Assembly (NCBI GenBank): GCA_043228905.1
Contig: JBHGNT010000020.1
Location: 15,190,001-15,254,000, forward strand
DNA: 64,000 nucleotides
Origin: Azolla caroliniana
Taxonomy: Eukaryota; Plantae; Polypodiophyta
Direction of reading: 5' to 3'
The translations under genes and the position numbers were made by a program. Shown in pieces: positions 10,901 to 23,174 of the stretch. Each line of letters starts with the position of its first letter. The stretch's first letter is position 1. Below the pieces are notes generated by a model, which saw only the letters and a list, made by a program, of their open reading frames with translations, searched no databases and was not told the DNA's origin.

Positions 10901-12859
10901 AAAAGAGTGTTACGAATAAGTAGCCCATTTTTCCATTGAAACTGGTTATAATCTTTACAAGGATACTTGGATTTTGAAGAAGATGCACGATCTGAAATGA
11001 TATGATTCAATAAATCTTGAGCAAATTCATAAAAAATGATACCTATTTTGATTGAATCAAGGATCTTGGAATCTTCAGGTGCTTTAGAGGCATTAATAGT
11101 TACTAGTCGTAACCAATCAGGCCCAAGATGACTTGCTTTTGTTGATCAAATGTGGGCTCACCTTGTTGTGGCGCCAAATAAGATCATCATGATAGAGCAG
11201 GGCTCACCTGCCTTTTCTTGTTGTACTCCAGGGCGATATGTGATGAGGAAGTCAAAATGCGTTAGGAATTGTGCCCAACGAGCTTCGCATCGACTCAAGA
11301 CTCTAGCCTTTTGAAAGTATGTGAGGTTTTTATGATCATTGTAAACAATGATTTGTTGGCGAGAACCTTCCAAGAGATGCCTCCATTGTTCAAACGAGTT
11401 TATAATGGCCAGGAGCTCTTTGTCATTAATCTCATAATTGATCTCTGCAGCTTCGAATTTGCGTGAATGGAAAGCAATTGGATGCAGCTTTTCATCATCT
11501 CCAACCTGCGACATGATACTTCCTACTGCAAAATCAGACGCATCTGCCTCGATGATAAAGGGTTTTTCTAGGTCAGCATTAAGTATAATAGGAGCAAAAG
11601 TAAATGCTCTCTTTAGGTTTTCAAAAGCTTTGGCTGCATTGGAACTCCATGTGAACGACTTGTGTATTCGTGTAAGCTTCATGAGAGGCATCACGTCGTT
11701 TGAGTAGTTCTTGATAAATTTGTGGTAAAAATTCGCAACTCCTAAGAAACACTAAACATCACGCACTGAACGAGGTGTTTCCCAATTTAGAACTATCTGC
11801 ACCTTGGATGGATCCATAGATATACGTTGTTGTGAAACAACATACCCTAGAAACTCCACGTGGTTTTGATCAAAGCTACATTTCTCGAGTTTGGCATAAA
11901 GCCCATATTCTCGTAAGCGTTGGAGGACTTGGCGGACATGTGTGTCATGCTCTTCTTGTCTTTTCGGGTAGATCAAGATGTCATCAAGATATACTATGGT
12001 AAATGAGTCCAAGAAGTCGCGAAAAATATCATTCGCCATGTGTTGAAAAATTGCAGGCCCATTTGTGAGACCAAAAGGCATAACTGTGTACTCGAAATGT
12101 TTGTATCGAGTACGGAATGTTGTCTTTCATTCGTCTCCTGGACATATCTCAAAGGTCTAGGTTTGTGAAAACTTTAGCTCCACTAAGACGCTCTAGTAAA
12201 CTCGATATCAAGGGTAGAGTATATCTATTTCGAATTGTGATTTTGTTTAAACCTCGATAAGCCACGACCAATCGTAAAGACCCATCTTTCTTCTTGACAA
12301 AGAATATGGGTGCATCAGGAGGGCTTTTAGAATGTCGAATGAATCCATTTGCTAAGTGCTCATCTATATACTCTCGAAGGTCCTTGAGTTCAGAAGATGA
12401 TAGATTATATATTGGGCCCCATGGTGGCTCTTTCCCAGGTTGTAGATCAATCGGACAATCAGAAGGCCGATGGTCTGGAAGAGAACTAGCTTTAGTTTTG
12501 TTGAAGATGTCTTCAAAATCCAAGTACTTAGTAGGGAGGTGAGTACATGCCCCTTGTGAACTAGAGAATGGATTTGCCGTTACTGCAAAGACAAACATTT
12601 CATTTGTCTACCCGTCTTGTCGTAAGTTTTGTAGAGATATGAGCGAGATTTGGTGAGGTTTTGAATCTTGGTTGGTAGTAACAAGGCTATTGGATTCAGG
12701 TTTCTGCTAGAAATCATTGATTGCACGATTTCTCCAATCAATTTCACGATTATATTTTTCCTATTCTAGTCTTTGGCAAATATTCTAGTTCTTGCTGCTG
12801 TATATTTTTCCTATTATAATAAAATATAGTCATTGTTCTCTCTTTCTTTTCCTCTCTTG

Positions 12860-14500
12860 TTCAATCTTCTTTTCTCAAGCTAAGGCCTTGACAATTTGTC
12901 ACTTTTAGTGCCCGCTCAGGTAAATTTTCTATGACACATGCAACACAGGATAGACTTATGAGAGGACATGCATCCCTCTCACTCTTAGAGAGACAATGCC
13001 ACGAGGCATACTTTCAAGAGCCACGGACTAAGGGGTGGCTCTTCAAATCATTAGTGACCCCCTCCCTCATGTATGCATGAGTGGTTTGGGCTCAAGGGCT
13101 ACCATCTTTTATCTGGACGCAATTAGAGAGACCATTGGTGATTATGCTATCATGCCAACTCCGAAGCAAATTGACAGTACCACATGACATTATTAGAGTT
13201 TAGTTCACCTTACCCCCGAGTTAGTTGAAGCACTTTTTCAACTTGTAGTCTTTATTCATAGGATACATGATAGGATATCTCATCAAGCTTTTGAGGCATC
13301 TCGATCTCTATATGAGTCCGGTTATACTAGCTCATGGTATGGCATGATGGTGTGTTGGCTTCTTGCAAACGATCTAGACATTAATAATCTACCTCCCCTT
13401 AGGTACAACCACGCGATTCATAACACTTTAATCTCTCATGAGGACCGTAATAAAGTAATATGCCAAGAAACATGGCAAATTTACACTCGGTATAAATGGA
13501 TCAGCCCATTAGAGGCACTCTCATCTAAAATGTTGTACTAGATAAGGAACACTTCGTGCACTTCTCTAAGTTAGGTTTTATTACACGACCAAAATATGCA
13601 GATGCATTCTTACGAAATGTACTAAGGGTTGCCATTGGACAAGTTAGAATATCATCTCACCAACTTGAGAATGAGAATAGTTGTACTAATGGAGTCCCTA
13701 GAGAGGAAAGGATATGTAGATTATGTTACATAGAGATAGAGGATGAGTATCGCTTTACATGCAAGTGTCCAACTTACGCCAAGATAACGGAAAAATACCG
13801 AGACATACTCGGTACCTCTCCTGCCCTCCCCAAACTATTAGATACTCTAGATATAAAGAAATTGGGTAGATATATCTTAGAGCTAAAACAACATAGAGAG
13901 AATAATAATACTACAAAATGTTGACAATAACGTTTCTAATATTCACCAACATGTAACAAATGAAGTTTATTAGGGACAGGGGGAGACGACGAATGTGGAC
14001 ACACCCACACAACTCAACCTATTCCTTGATAAAGCAAAAAACCAAAGAAGAACCAAACACCCTTGGGTCACAGGTTTCAAAGCAACTTGATGTGGTGCAG
14101 AAGCAATTTAGAATATAAGGGAACATGAGTTACACCGTCTAGAAGCCATGGTTGGGGTACCTTCTACATCGAGACCACGGGTCACACCCACACCAAAACT
14201 CTTTGAACTCCCACATCTTTTCGAGAGGCTTGGATGGAAATGAAACTAGGCCTAGTACAAAGTCATTTCCTTTATCGAATATGTTACACCATAACATGTT
14301 TTGTACAAATACTAGAACTCTTTTAGCTTAAGTTCTATTTTTATTTTTATTTTTATTTCCATGATTGGGTAGGCACCCTATTTTATTGTACACCAATTGT
14401 CTCATGGACCAAATTTTGGCATTAGAAGACATTCTTGAATGTTCCACAGAAATCTAGAATATACATAATTTTCTGTGATGAAATACAAATGAAAGTAATA
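12860..14500 (+). mobile_element. Degenerate non-LTR retrotransposon 3' region (RTE-X-like); boundaries approximate
   Basis: ORF 13556-13924 has RISSHQLE..PREERICRLC..EDEYRF.C.CP, a C-terminal Cys-rich motif typical of LINE ORF2. Confidence 0.65.
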
Positions 14501-14728
14501 TCTTTTGTATTACAATTGTTATCCTAGTAGTATCGCCTCAACGTGTGTAACATAAGGTCACGGGGTCAATCCCTTTTGGGGCCATAATACAACAGACAAG
14601 GTTGTTGGTAAAGCAGATTGGGTTTGTAAACTTAGCACATTGTTGTACGTACAGAAACAATCTCCGAGACAGTGGTACATATGATTTGACAAGTTCATGA
14701 AGGGTCAGAAGTACAGGAGAAGAATAGG

Positions 14729-15220
14729 TTGGATGAAATCAATCATGTGCTTTATGCTAGTGGTAATATTGTTTTACAAAATGATTTGTTAGATAAGTTT
14801 TATGCATATAGAAAACAAGCATCAGGTTTGTTTCAAATTCCATTTGCAAAAGTTGTTAATCGATTGAGCACACCAATCAAATGGTGGGAAATTTTTGGAG
14901 CATGCACTCCCAATTTGTTGAAACTTACAATTAGAGTGTTATCTTAAGGTACAAGTGCATCGCCTTGTGAAAGGAATTGGAGTACATTTTCATTAATAAT
15001 ACATACTAAAAGGCGAAATGGATTAAGTCCAAGTCATGTGCAAAAATTGGTTTTCTTGCAACACACAAATGTTCGTCTTCTTAAGAAGATTAAAAAAAGA
15101 TGTTTCAATGCTATTGAGAATACTATTGACATGATTGAGAAAGAAATTGATGAAGAACAGTTATTGGTGTTGCAAAGTGAGAAAAGATTGAAGATTACGC
15201 ATTTTGGTGGTTGTTACTAG
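14729..15220 (+). mobile_element. hAT transposase C-terminal dimerisation domain remnant
   Basis: PIKWWEIFGACTPNLLKLTIRVLS*GTSASPCERNWSTF..HTKRRNGLS..VQKLVF. Confidence 0.85.
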
Positions 15221-15725
15221 AATTTATGAAAAAAAGCATTGATAACTTTTGTACCTTAAAAACACTTATAGTAAATAATGAATCCAAAAGTATGGTATTT
15301 ACCATACTTTGAGGGTGATTACTATACTCGAATGATTGAAACATACTCAAATGTGAATGCACATATGGTACATATGGTTCATACTATGGTTGGGACAACC
15401 CAGCCCCAACATGCAGTCCTAAGGGACCGTCCCAACGGCTAGGCCACCAACCACCAATATTGGGCTATGAAAGAGGACCACAACTCATTTGGTCCTCATT
15501 CCCCGATTTGCACACTCTCTCCTCTCACTCTCCTTAATCATTTTGGTTTGAAGGAGCTTGTAATTAATTATCTGTAATCTTGCGTCAAATGAAACCTCTC
15601 TTTTGCATCATCTCGCTTGTCCTCATTCCCATGAAGGCTTTAAATGAGATTTACGCAAAGCACTTGTGTCTCCACGAAGGCGTTCATTGACATGAAGGCC
15701 TCATATTGCTACGAAGCTTGAATTT

Positions 15726-18700
15726 TGTTAAAATGACTTAAATTAATTGGTGTGGTTTATGGAAAGCCATGTCTCTCATATGCATGATCTACACAAAGCA
15801 TGATGACTAATTGCAAAGTCATCACTCTTGGTAAATATATGAAGGCCACGTGCATCATTACTATAAAAAGTCGGTGAAGTGAAGGCAATAAAAAGGCAAC
15901 CTTAGTTGTTTGAAGGTGCATCCAAAATAGAAGACCACCAAGAGTTATAGGCTTGTTAGATGTGAGAGAATTAGAAAGTTTGGGAAACACTAGTAGTAGA
16001 AAATTCTGGTGAGAGAATTGTGAGGTTATTCTCTTGGGTGTTGGGTTTAATTAGAGAATATTTTCTCTAATTGTTGTAAACTCTCTATTATATTTTCTTA
16101 TAGTGGAATCTCTCTCTTGTCCGTGGACGTAGGCTAATTTGGCTGAACCACGTAAATACTTGTGTCATTTATTTATTCGCTCCTATATTATCATATTATT
16201 ATCATCTATTTAGTCTGATGTACTATTTGATCCGAGTGCTAGCCTAACAAATTGGTATCAGAGCGATGGTTGTTAGTACATTAGTTTTGGTATTTTCTTG
16301 TTAAGTCAAGATGTCCACGACAAAATTTGATGTCGAGAAGTTCGATCGAAAAATCAACTTCTCTCTTTGGCAAGTAAGGATGCGCGCGATCCTTGTGTAG
16401 AATGGAGTTCAGAAGGCTTTAGATGTAAGGCTCGACGGTATGACGGACTCCAAGTGGGAGGAGATGGACGAGAAGGCCCTCTCAACGATTCAACTGTCTT
16501 TGGCAAATGAAGTTTTGCAGGAGGTAATCTCTGAGAAGACAGCGGAGGCACTATGGGAAAAATTGGAGTCTCTCTATTTGAAAAAGACTCTAACGAACAA
16601 GCTTTATAAGAAACAGTGCTTGTATTCACTACGGATGAGTGAAGGTACATCTCTCAGTTCTCATATTGATGAGTTTCAATCTATTATCATGGATTTGCAA
16701 AATCTCGATGTTACCATTGATGATGAAGATAAGGCATTGTTGTTGTTGTGTTCGTTACCCCATTCATATAGACATTTTAGAGAAACTATGTTGTACGGGA
16801 AGGATACTCTTTCTTTAAAAGATGTCAAATTTTCTTTGGAGACTAAAGAAAAGATTGATCATGATATCACTGGACAAACAAGTGATAGTCAAGCACGGGG
16901 TTTATATGTAAGGGGTAGATCTAAACAAAAAGCGAACAATAGAGACAGGCCTAAATCTAGATCTAAATCCAGAAGTAGATCTGTTGTGTGTTGGCACTGT
17001 AAGGAACCAGGGCACGTTCGCAAGAATTGTGATAAGTTGCAAAGGAAAAAGAATACTCCACAAGATAGAAATGAGGATGCAGGTAAGGCTATTGTTGTTG
17101 AAGTAGGAAGCGATGTTGATGTGCTCCTTGTGACGGAAAAGCCAATCAAGCTGAACAATGACTGGATTATGGATACTGGTTGTTCTTATCATATGTGTCC
17201 CAATCAGGATTGGATTTCATCATACAAGTCTATTGATGGAGGAGTAGTTTTGATGGGGAATAATGGTCCTTCCAAAACTATTGGAATAGGAACAATACGA
17301 ATCTGGATGGCTGATGGGATTGTCTAAACATTGACTGATGTGAGGCATGCTCCTGATCTAAAGAAGAATCTCATCTCATTGGGCACCCTTGACGCCAACA
17401 GGTGCAAGTTCTCAACTGAAGGTGGAGTATTAAAAGTTAGCAAACGTGCTTTGGTTGTGATGAAGGCTAGAAAAGTAGGAAGCCTGTACGTATTACATGG
17501 CTCGACAGTGACGGGTTCTACAACAATTTCTTAATCGTCTATATCAGACTTTGATGTTACGAAATTATGGCATATTAGGCCCGGCATATGAGTGAGAAAG
17601 GTTTAACCTTGAGGACTACTTTGTGGCCAAAGAACGGGAAAGATGGATTTTTGTGAGCACTGTGTATTCAGAAAGCAGAAGAGACTCAGCTTTGGCACTG
17701 GAATCCATAAGACTAGAGGTTCTTTGGATTATATTCACTCTGATTTGTGGGGACCAACACCAGTTCTATCAAAAGGAGGACCTCGATATCTTTTGACTTT
17801 TATTGATGATTTTTCAAGAAAAGTCTGGGTTTATTTTCTTAAACACAAAAGTGATGTGTTTGATACTTTCAAGAAGTGGAAAATTTTGATCGAGAAGCAG
17901 ACGGGAAAGCAAATTAGAAGATTTCAAACTGATAATGGTTTGGAATTCTACGGAGGAGATTTTAACAAGTTTTGCGAGGTTGAAGGAATGTACAGACATC
18001 GCACAATAGTTAGAACACCGCAGCAGAATGGTGTAGTTGAGCGCATGAACGGAACTCTTTTGGAGAGGGCTCGTTCTATGCTTTCCAATGTTGGGTTGTC
18101 CAAAGACTTTTGGGCTAAAGCAGTTTCCACGGCATGTTTCCTGGTGAATCGTTCACCGTCAACGGTGATTGAGTTCAAAACTCGTGAAGAGGTATGGTCC
18201 GGTAAAGCTGCCGATTATTCAAATTTGAGAATATTTGGATGTCCTACTTATATGCATGTTAGTGAAGGAAAATTGGAGCCTCGAGCTAGAAAATATATTT
18301 TTCTTGGTTATGCTTCTGGGGTGAAAGGATATAGGTTGTGGTGTCCTAATCTTAAGTCACCTAAATTTGCAATTAGTAGAGATGTTACTTTTGATGAATC
18401 TGCTCATGAACCTATAGAAGAGGAGCCTGATGTCGTAGAAGAAGCACCTCCTGAGGAAGAACAAAGTATTGCAAGAGATAGACCAAGAAGAAAAATTAGA
18501 CCACCATAGAGACACCATAGAGATATGCTGATTTTGTTGCATATGCTTTATCAGTTGGCGAAGAAACAAATTCTATTGGCGAGCTAGCTTCTTACTCTGA
18601 AGTCGTTTCTTCTATTGATTCCACCAAGTGGTTGATTTCTATGCAAGAAGAAATTGAGTCTCTTTATAAAAACGAAAGTTGGGTACTTGTGAAGCCGCTA

Positions 18701-20716
18701 GCTAGACAAAGGATTGTTGGTTGTAAGTGGATCTTCAAAATAAAGCTAGGAATTCCTAGAGTGGAGAAAGCAAGGTACAAGGCATGGTTAGTAGCTAAAG
18801 GCTACAGTCAGGTACCAAGTGTTGATTTTAATGATATTTTCTAACCTGTTGTGAAACATAGTTCTATTCGTGTCTTGCTTGCATTAGTTGCTATGCATGA
18901 TTTGGAGTTTGAACAACTTGATGTAAAAACCGCAATTTTGCATGGTGAACTTGAAGAAGATATTTACATGCAACAACCAGAAGGGTTTGTTGTTGAAGGA
19001 AAAGAAGATCATGTTTGTTTGATGAAGAAATCTTTGTACGGTTTAAAACAATCTTCGAGACAGTGGTACAAGCAATTTGATTCCTTTATGGTTGACAGCG
19101 GATACTCAAGAAGCAGTTATGACAGTTGTGTTTATTTCAGGAAGACTCACGATAGTTCATTTATCTATTTGCTTCTTTATGTTGATGACATGTTGATTGC
19201 AGCTAAAAATATGTCGGATATTGAAGAATTAAAGAAGCAGTTGAACAGAGTGTTCGAGATGAAGGATCGTGGTGCAACAAAAAAGATCATTGGCATGGAA
19301 TCAAAAGATATCTTAATGGTGGAAAGTTATATTTAACTTTGAAGAGTTATATTGAGAAAGTGTTAGAGAGGTTTGGTATGAAAAAACCAGTATCGACTCC
19401 GTTCGCAACACATTTTAAGTTATCAGCTTCTTTATCACCAAAGTCAGATAATGAAAAGAGATACATGGCGAGAGTTCCCTACTCCAGTGCAGTTGGTAGC
19501 ATGATGTATGCTATGGTTTGTACGCATCCAGATATTTCACATGTTGTGAGTGTGGTCAGCAAATATATGGCTTGTCCTGGAAAATCACACTAGAATGTAG
19601 TGAAATGGATTTTAAGATATTTGTGTGGGACTTCAGACGCTTGTCTAGAGTTTGGCAGGAGTAGCAGTTCTCTAGTTGGCTATGTTGACTCTGACTATAC
19701 TGGTGATCTTGATAAAACAAGATCACTGACAGGGTATGTATTCACTCTGGGTGGAAGTGCAATTAGTTGGAAAGCTTCATTGCAGCCCGTGTTTGCGTTA
19801 TCAACGATAGACGCAGAGTACATTGCAGTGACAGAGGTGATTAAAGAAGGTATCTGGTTAAGAGGCTTGCTTGGGGAGCTCAGTTCTTGTTTAGACAAGA
19901 TCGACATTTTATGTGATAGTCAAAGTGTCATTCATTTGACTAAAGATCAGATGTTCCATGAAAGAACTAAGCACATCGATATCAAGTATCACTTTGTTCG
20001 TGATGTTATTTCGCGGGGTGATATCTCAGTGAAAAAGATTTCAAGGCATGAGAATCCCGCAGATATGTTAACGAAGCCTCTTCCAAGAATCAAGTTCAAG
20101 CATTCCTTGAATTTGATTGGTATAGCCGATAATTGAGTTATCCTGCGAAGGTGGAGCGAGACTACTATGAAATTCAAGTCAAGGTGGAAATTTATTAAAG
20201 TGACTTGAATTAATTGGTGTGGTTTATGGAAAGCCACGTCTCTCATCTGCATGATCTACATAAAGCATGATGACTAATTGCAAAGTCATCACTCTTGGTA
20301 AATATATGAAGGCCACGTGCATCATTACTATAAAAAGTCAGTGAAGTGAAGGCTATAAAAAGGTAGCCTTAGTCATTTGAAGGTGCATCAAAAATAGAAG
20401 ACCACCAAGAGTTGTAGGCTTGTGAGACGTGAGAGAATTAGAAAGTTTAGGAAACACTAGTAGTAGAAAATTCTAGTGAGAGAATTGTGAGGTTATTCTC
20501 TTGGGTGTTGGGTTTAATTAGAGAATATTTTCTCTAATTGTTGTAAACTCTCTATTATATTTTCTTATAGTGGAATCTCTCTCTTGTCCGTGGACGTAGG
20601 CTAATTTGGCCGAACCACGTAAATACTTGTGTCATTTATTTCTCCACTCCTATATTATCATATTATTGTCGTCTATTTAATCTGATGTACTATTTGATCC
20701 GAGTGCCAGCCTAACA
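15726..20716 (+). mobile_element. Full-length degenerate Ty1/copia (Tnt1/Tork-like)
   Basis: 524-bp LTRs at 15726-16249 and 20193-20716, several percent diverged. TSD AATTT (15721-15725, 20717-20721). PBS TGGTATCAGAGC at 16253-16264. gag-pol 16311-20136 is broken by many stops, frameshifts and deletions. Confidence 0.96.
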
Positions 20717-20846
20717 AATTTACATGAACGATCTCAGAAAATCTGCAACTCCGTTTGAATGTGAAGGTAATTCGGAAAGTTGAGCCTTTTTTCCAATCGA
20801 TGGGACCAAATCCCAATTGTTGCAGCTTCACATAGGTTTCCTGTAG

Positions 20847-22349
20847 GGTTGCTCAGCATAGATTATGGATCATCCCAAACCACGAATAATAACAACGATG
20901 CATTAGGCATAGACAAGATGGGTGCCAGATGCAGGGATATGGCCAAACATCCATGGGGTGGGTGGCCTTTGACATCCGAAGTCACAGCACCAATTGATGA
21001 CATCAGTTATCGTATGATGCGTCAGGCACTATGCTATTTCCCAACTACCAGTACTTCTCACACCAAATTTTGCCACATTTTGTCAGCCATTGGTGATGTT
21101 TATCGCAACACTCTCTGCATATGGAGGAAGATGTATGTCGTCGCACAAAGTTTGCAAGTTGCTCGATCTCCATGTATCTTTCGGTGAAATCTAAGAAGAG
21201 TGACAAGGCCATGGAAAATTTCTCGACAATCATCCGTAAAGGTGGTTTCGGGTTCGTGTACAAGGGCACTCTTGCAAATGGTGTCATCCTCCTTGTTAAA
21301 GTGTTTTCGGATGCATCATAACGAGGAGGTTAAAATTCATATTGAACTTCTAAAACGTTGACGATTGGGGATACTTATTTTGATTGTTTTAATGTGAATT
21401 GTTTTATAGGTCACTCATCTATCTCATGTGCATCATAAGAACCTTCCGGGATATTGCACAGAGTCATAGCTAGTTCTAGATATGAATTTATGGAAAACAA
21501 ATCATTGTTTGATTCCCTTTTCGGTATTGAGACTTCTGATCAATTCAATTACCTATATAAAGTTCACATCCCAAATAAAAATAGTTTAAAGATCTTCATG
21601 CTACATTTGATGATTGGCTAAGATCGACTAATATCCTCCAATAAAACAATTAAAGGAAACAACATGTAAATTGTTGGTCCTCTGGAATGGCTCGAAAGAT
21701 CTTGAACTTTGTCAGATGCACACTAAGGTGATCGACATTGGGTTTATTTAAATTGATACGTGTCATATATATTAAACTATTTTATAATATGTCGTTATGT
21801 GCTGAACAATGTTTCGAGATATGTTGTAAAAATGATTGTAGGCCTTGCACACTTGCATCATGGATGTAATTCATTAATCATTCATACATATGTCAAGAGT
21901 AGCAGCATTCTAGTGACAAAGACACTTGAAAGGGAAAATGTCTAATTTTGGAATATTGAGGCTAAAGCCCAACACTAGTGCACATGATGAATTGACAACC
22001 AAGCTAATCAGTAGCATAGGATTTGTAGATGATGAATAAGTTTGAATAAGTAATGTGATCTACAATATACATGTACATAATAAGAGTATGTGCCCAATCT
22101 AAAACCTTTTTTATTTGTCATGAAAAACTTGTGGCATCTTGTACCTTCACTTATCTTTGACATGGAATGACTTAATTTTCTTTCATGATTAATAAATCTT
22201 ATCATCCCAAGTTTGCATCCACATTAGTATTGTTAGAGAAGATGCACATATATAGCTTTGGAGCATTTCTCTTTGAAGCTATATGTCACAAGCATCGTAT
22301 AATGAAAGATCTAGAACCTTCAAACGATAACGTTCACATCGTGGAATGC
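20847..22349 (+). pseudogene. Internally deleted malectin-LRR RLK pseudogene
   Basis: Starts with the exon 2 homologue (GLLSIDYGSSQT) and jumps to kinase exons KGGFGFVYKG, HVHHKNL, LAHLHHGCNSLIIHTYVKSS and IYSFGAFLFEAIC. Introns are retained; stops and frameshifts are present. Confidence 0.85.
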
Positions 22350-22461
22350 GTAATATTTATCAATCCTAATGATATTGATATAAAACATATCAAAATTTCA
22401 ATGATAGTTAATTTATTTGCTAAACACATAACACCTCGCTCAAGTTTTCATTATATATTTA

Positions 22462-22898
22462 GGAAAGCGCTATTTGCCCCCCTATTTTAGCTATCCCCCC
22501 TATTTGTTTTACAATTTCTGATAGTTCTCACCTCGTTCAGCAATATGTCTCAACAAGCGTCTTCAGCTTCAATTTTCGATAAAACCTTCATCAAGAGAGG
22601 GGCTCTGACCAGTTTTATCAAGGACCATTTCCGTGCTCAAAATATCATTGTTATATTGGATAAGCATAGGGACAACCGAAAAGTCACTTTCAAATGCTAC
22701 TATTGGGGGAAATATCGCAACCCTCTAGGCTTAACTAACGATACTCGCAAAAGACAAATGGGACTCGTCTAATGGACAATGCACGCACTTGCGATATGCG
22801 AGAATATGAGATATCCTGAGTTTATTAATTAATTAATAAACAATTTCATTTGGTTATATTAGGTTCTATAAATTTAGGGGGGGCAAATAGCGCTTTCC
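22462..22898 (+). mobile_element. Non-autonomous Mutator-like (MULE) element, 437 bp
   Basis: TIRs GGAAAGCGCTATTTGCCCCC / GGGGGCAAATAGCGCTTTCC and 8-bp TSD TATATTTA. Internal ORF 22545-22772 (VTFKC..GKYRN) resembles a FAR1/MULE N-terminus. Confidence 0.8.
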
Positions 22899-23174
22899 TA
22901 TATTTATAACATGTACAATATAATTGCCATGAGGTTTTTACTTCGGTTGAGTAAAAATTTGAACATCAAACCATCATTTCTACTCATAGACTTATTTTCA
23001 TTTAAGTTAATAAGGCGGAAGAACCAAATTAATATATCTTTTTGTTACCTAAGTTTTATGTTTGCTGATGTGGATCACAATTAACCATTTTGGAATTTCT
23101 CAAGACATGCACAAAGCAATTGATATTGAGCGTGAGGAAGTGATTGTATCCTATTAGTTAATATAAGTGAAACC

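Larger units (their letters stand above)
5426..12760 (-). mobile_element. Degenerate Ty3/gypsy pol (Tcn1-like chromovirus type), split by the intact copia at 5551-10900
   Basis: RT pieces PPWGPIYNLS, KKKDGSLRL and YLDD (11752-12598); RNase H EADASDFAVG/NYEINDKELLAI (11158-11694). The integrase N-terminus reads GLLIRNTL|LYVP..CHDNPMVGHFGIHKTLELVS*NYWW across the copia insertion. No LTRs found. The clade call is from motif recall. Confidence 0.8.

Noticed and set aside
14520-14580. tRNA-like or SINE-like segment
   Set aside because: The A and B boxes are too degenerate, with no cloverleaf, tail or TSD.
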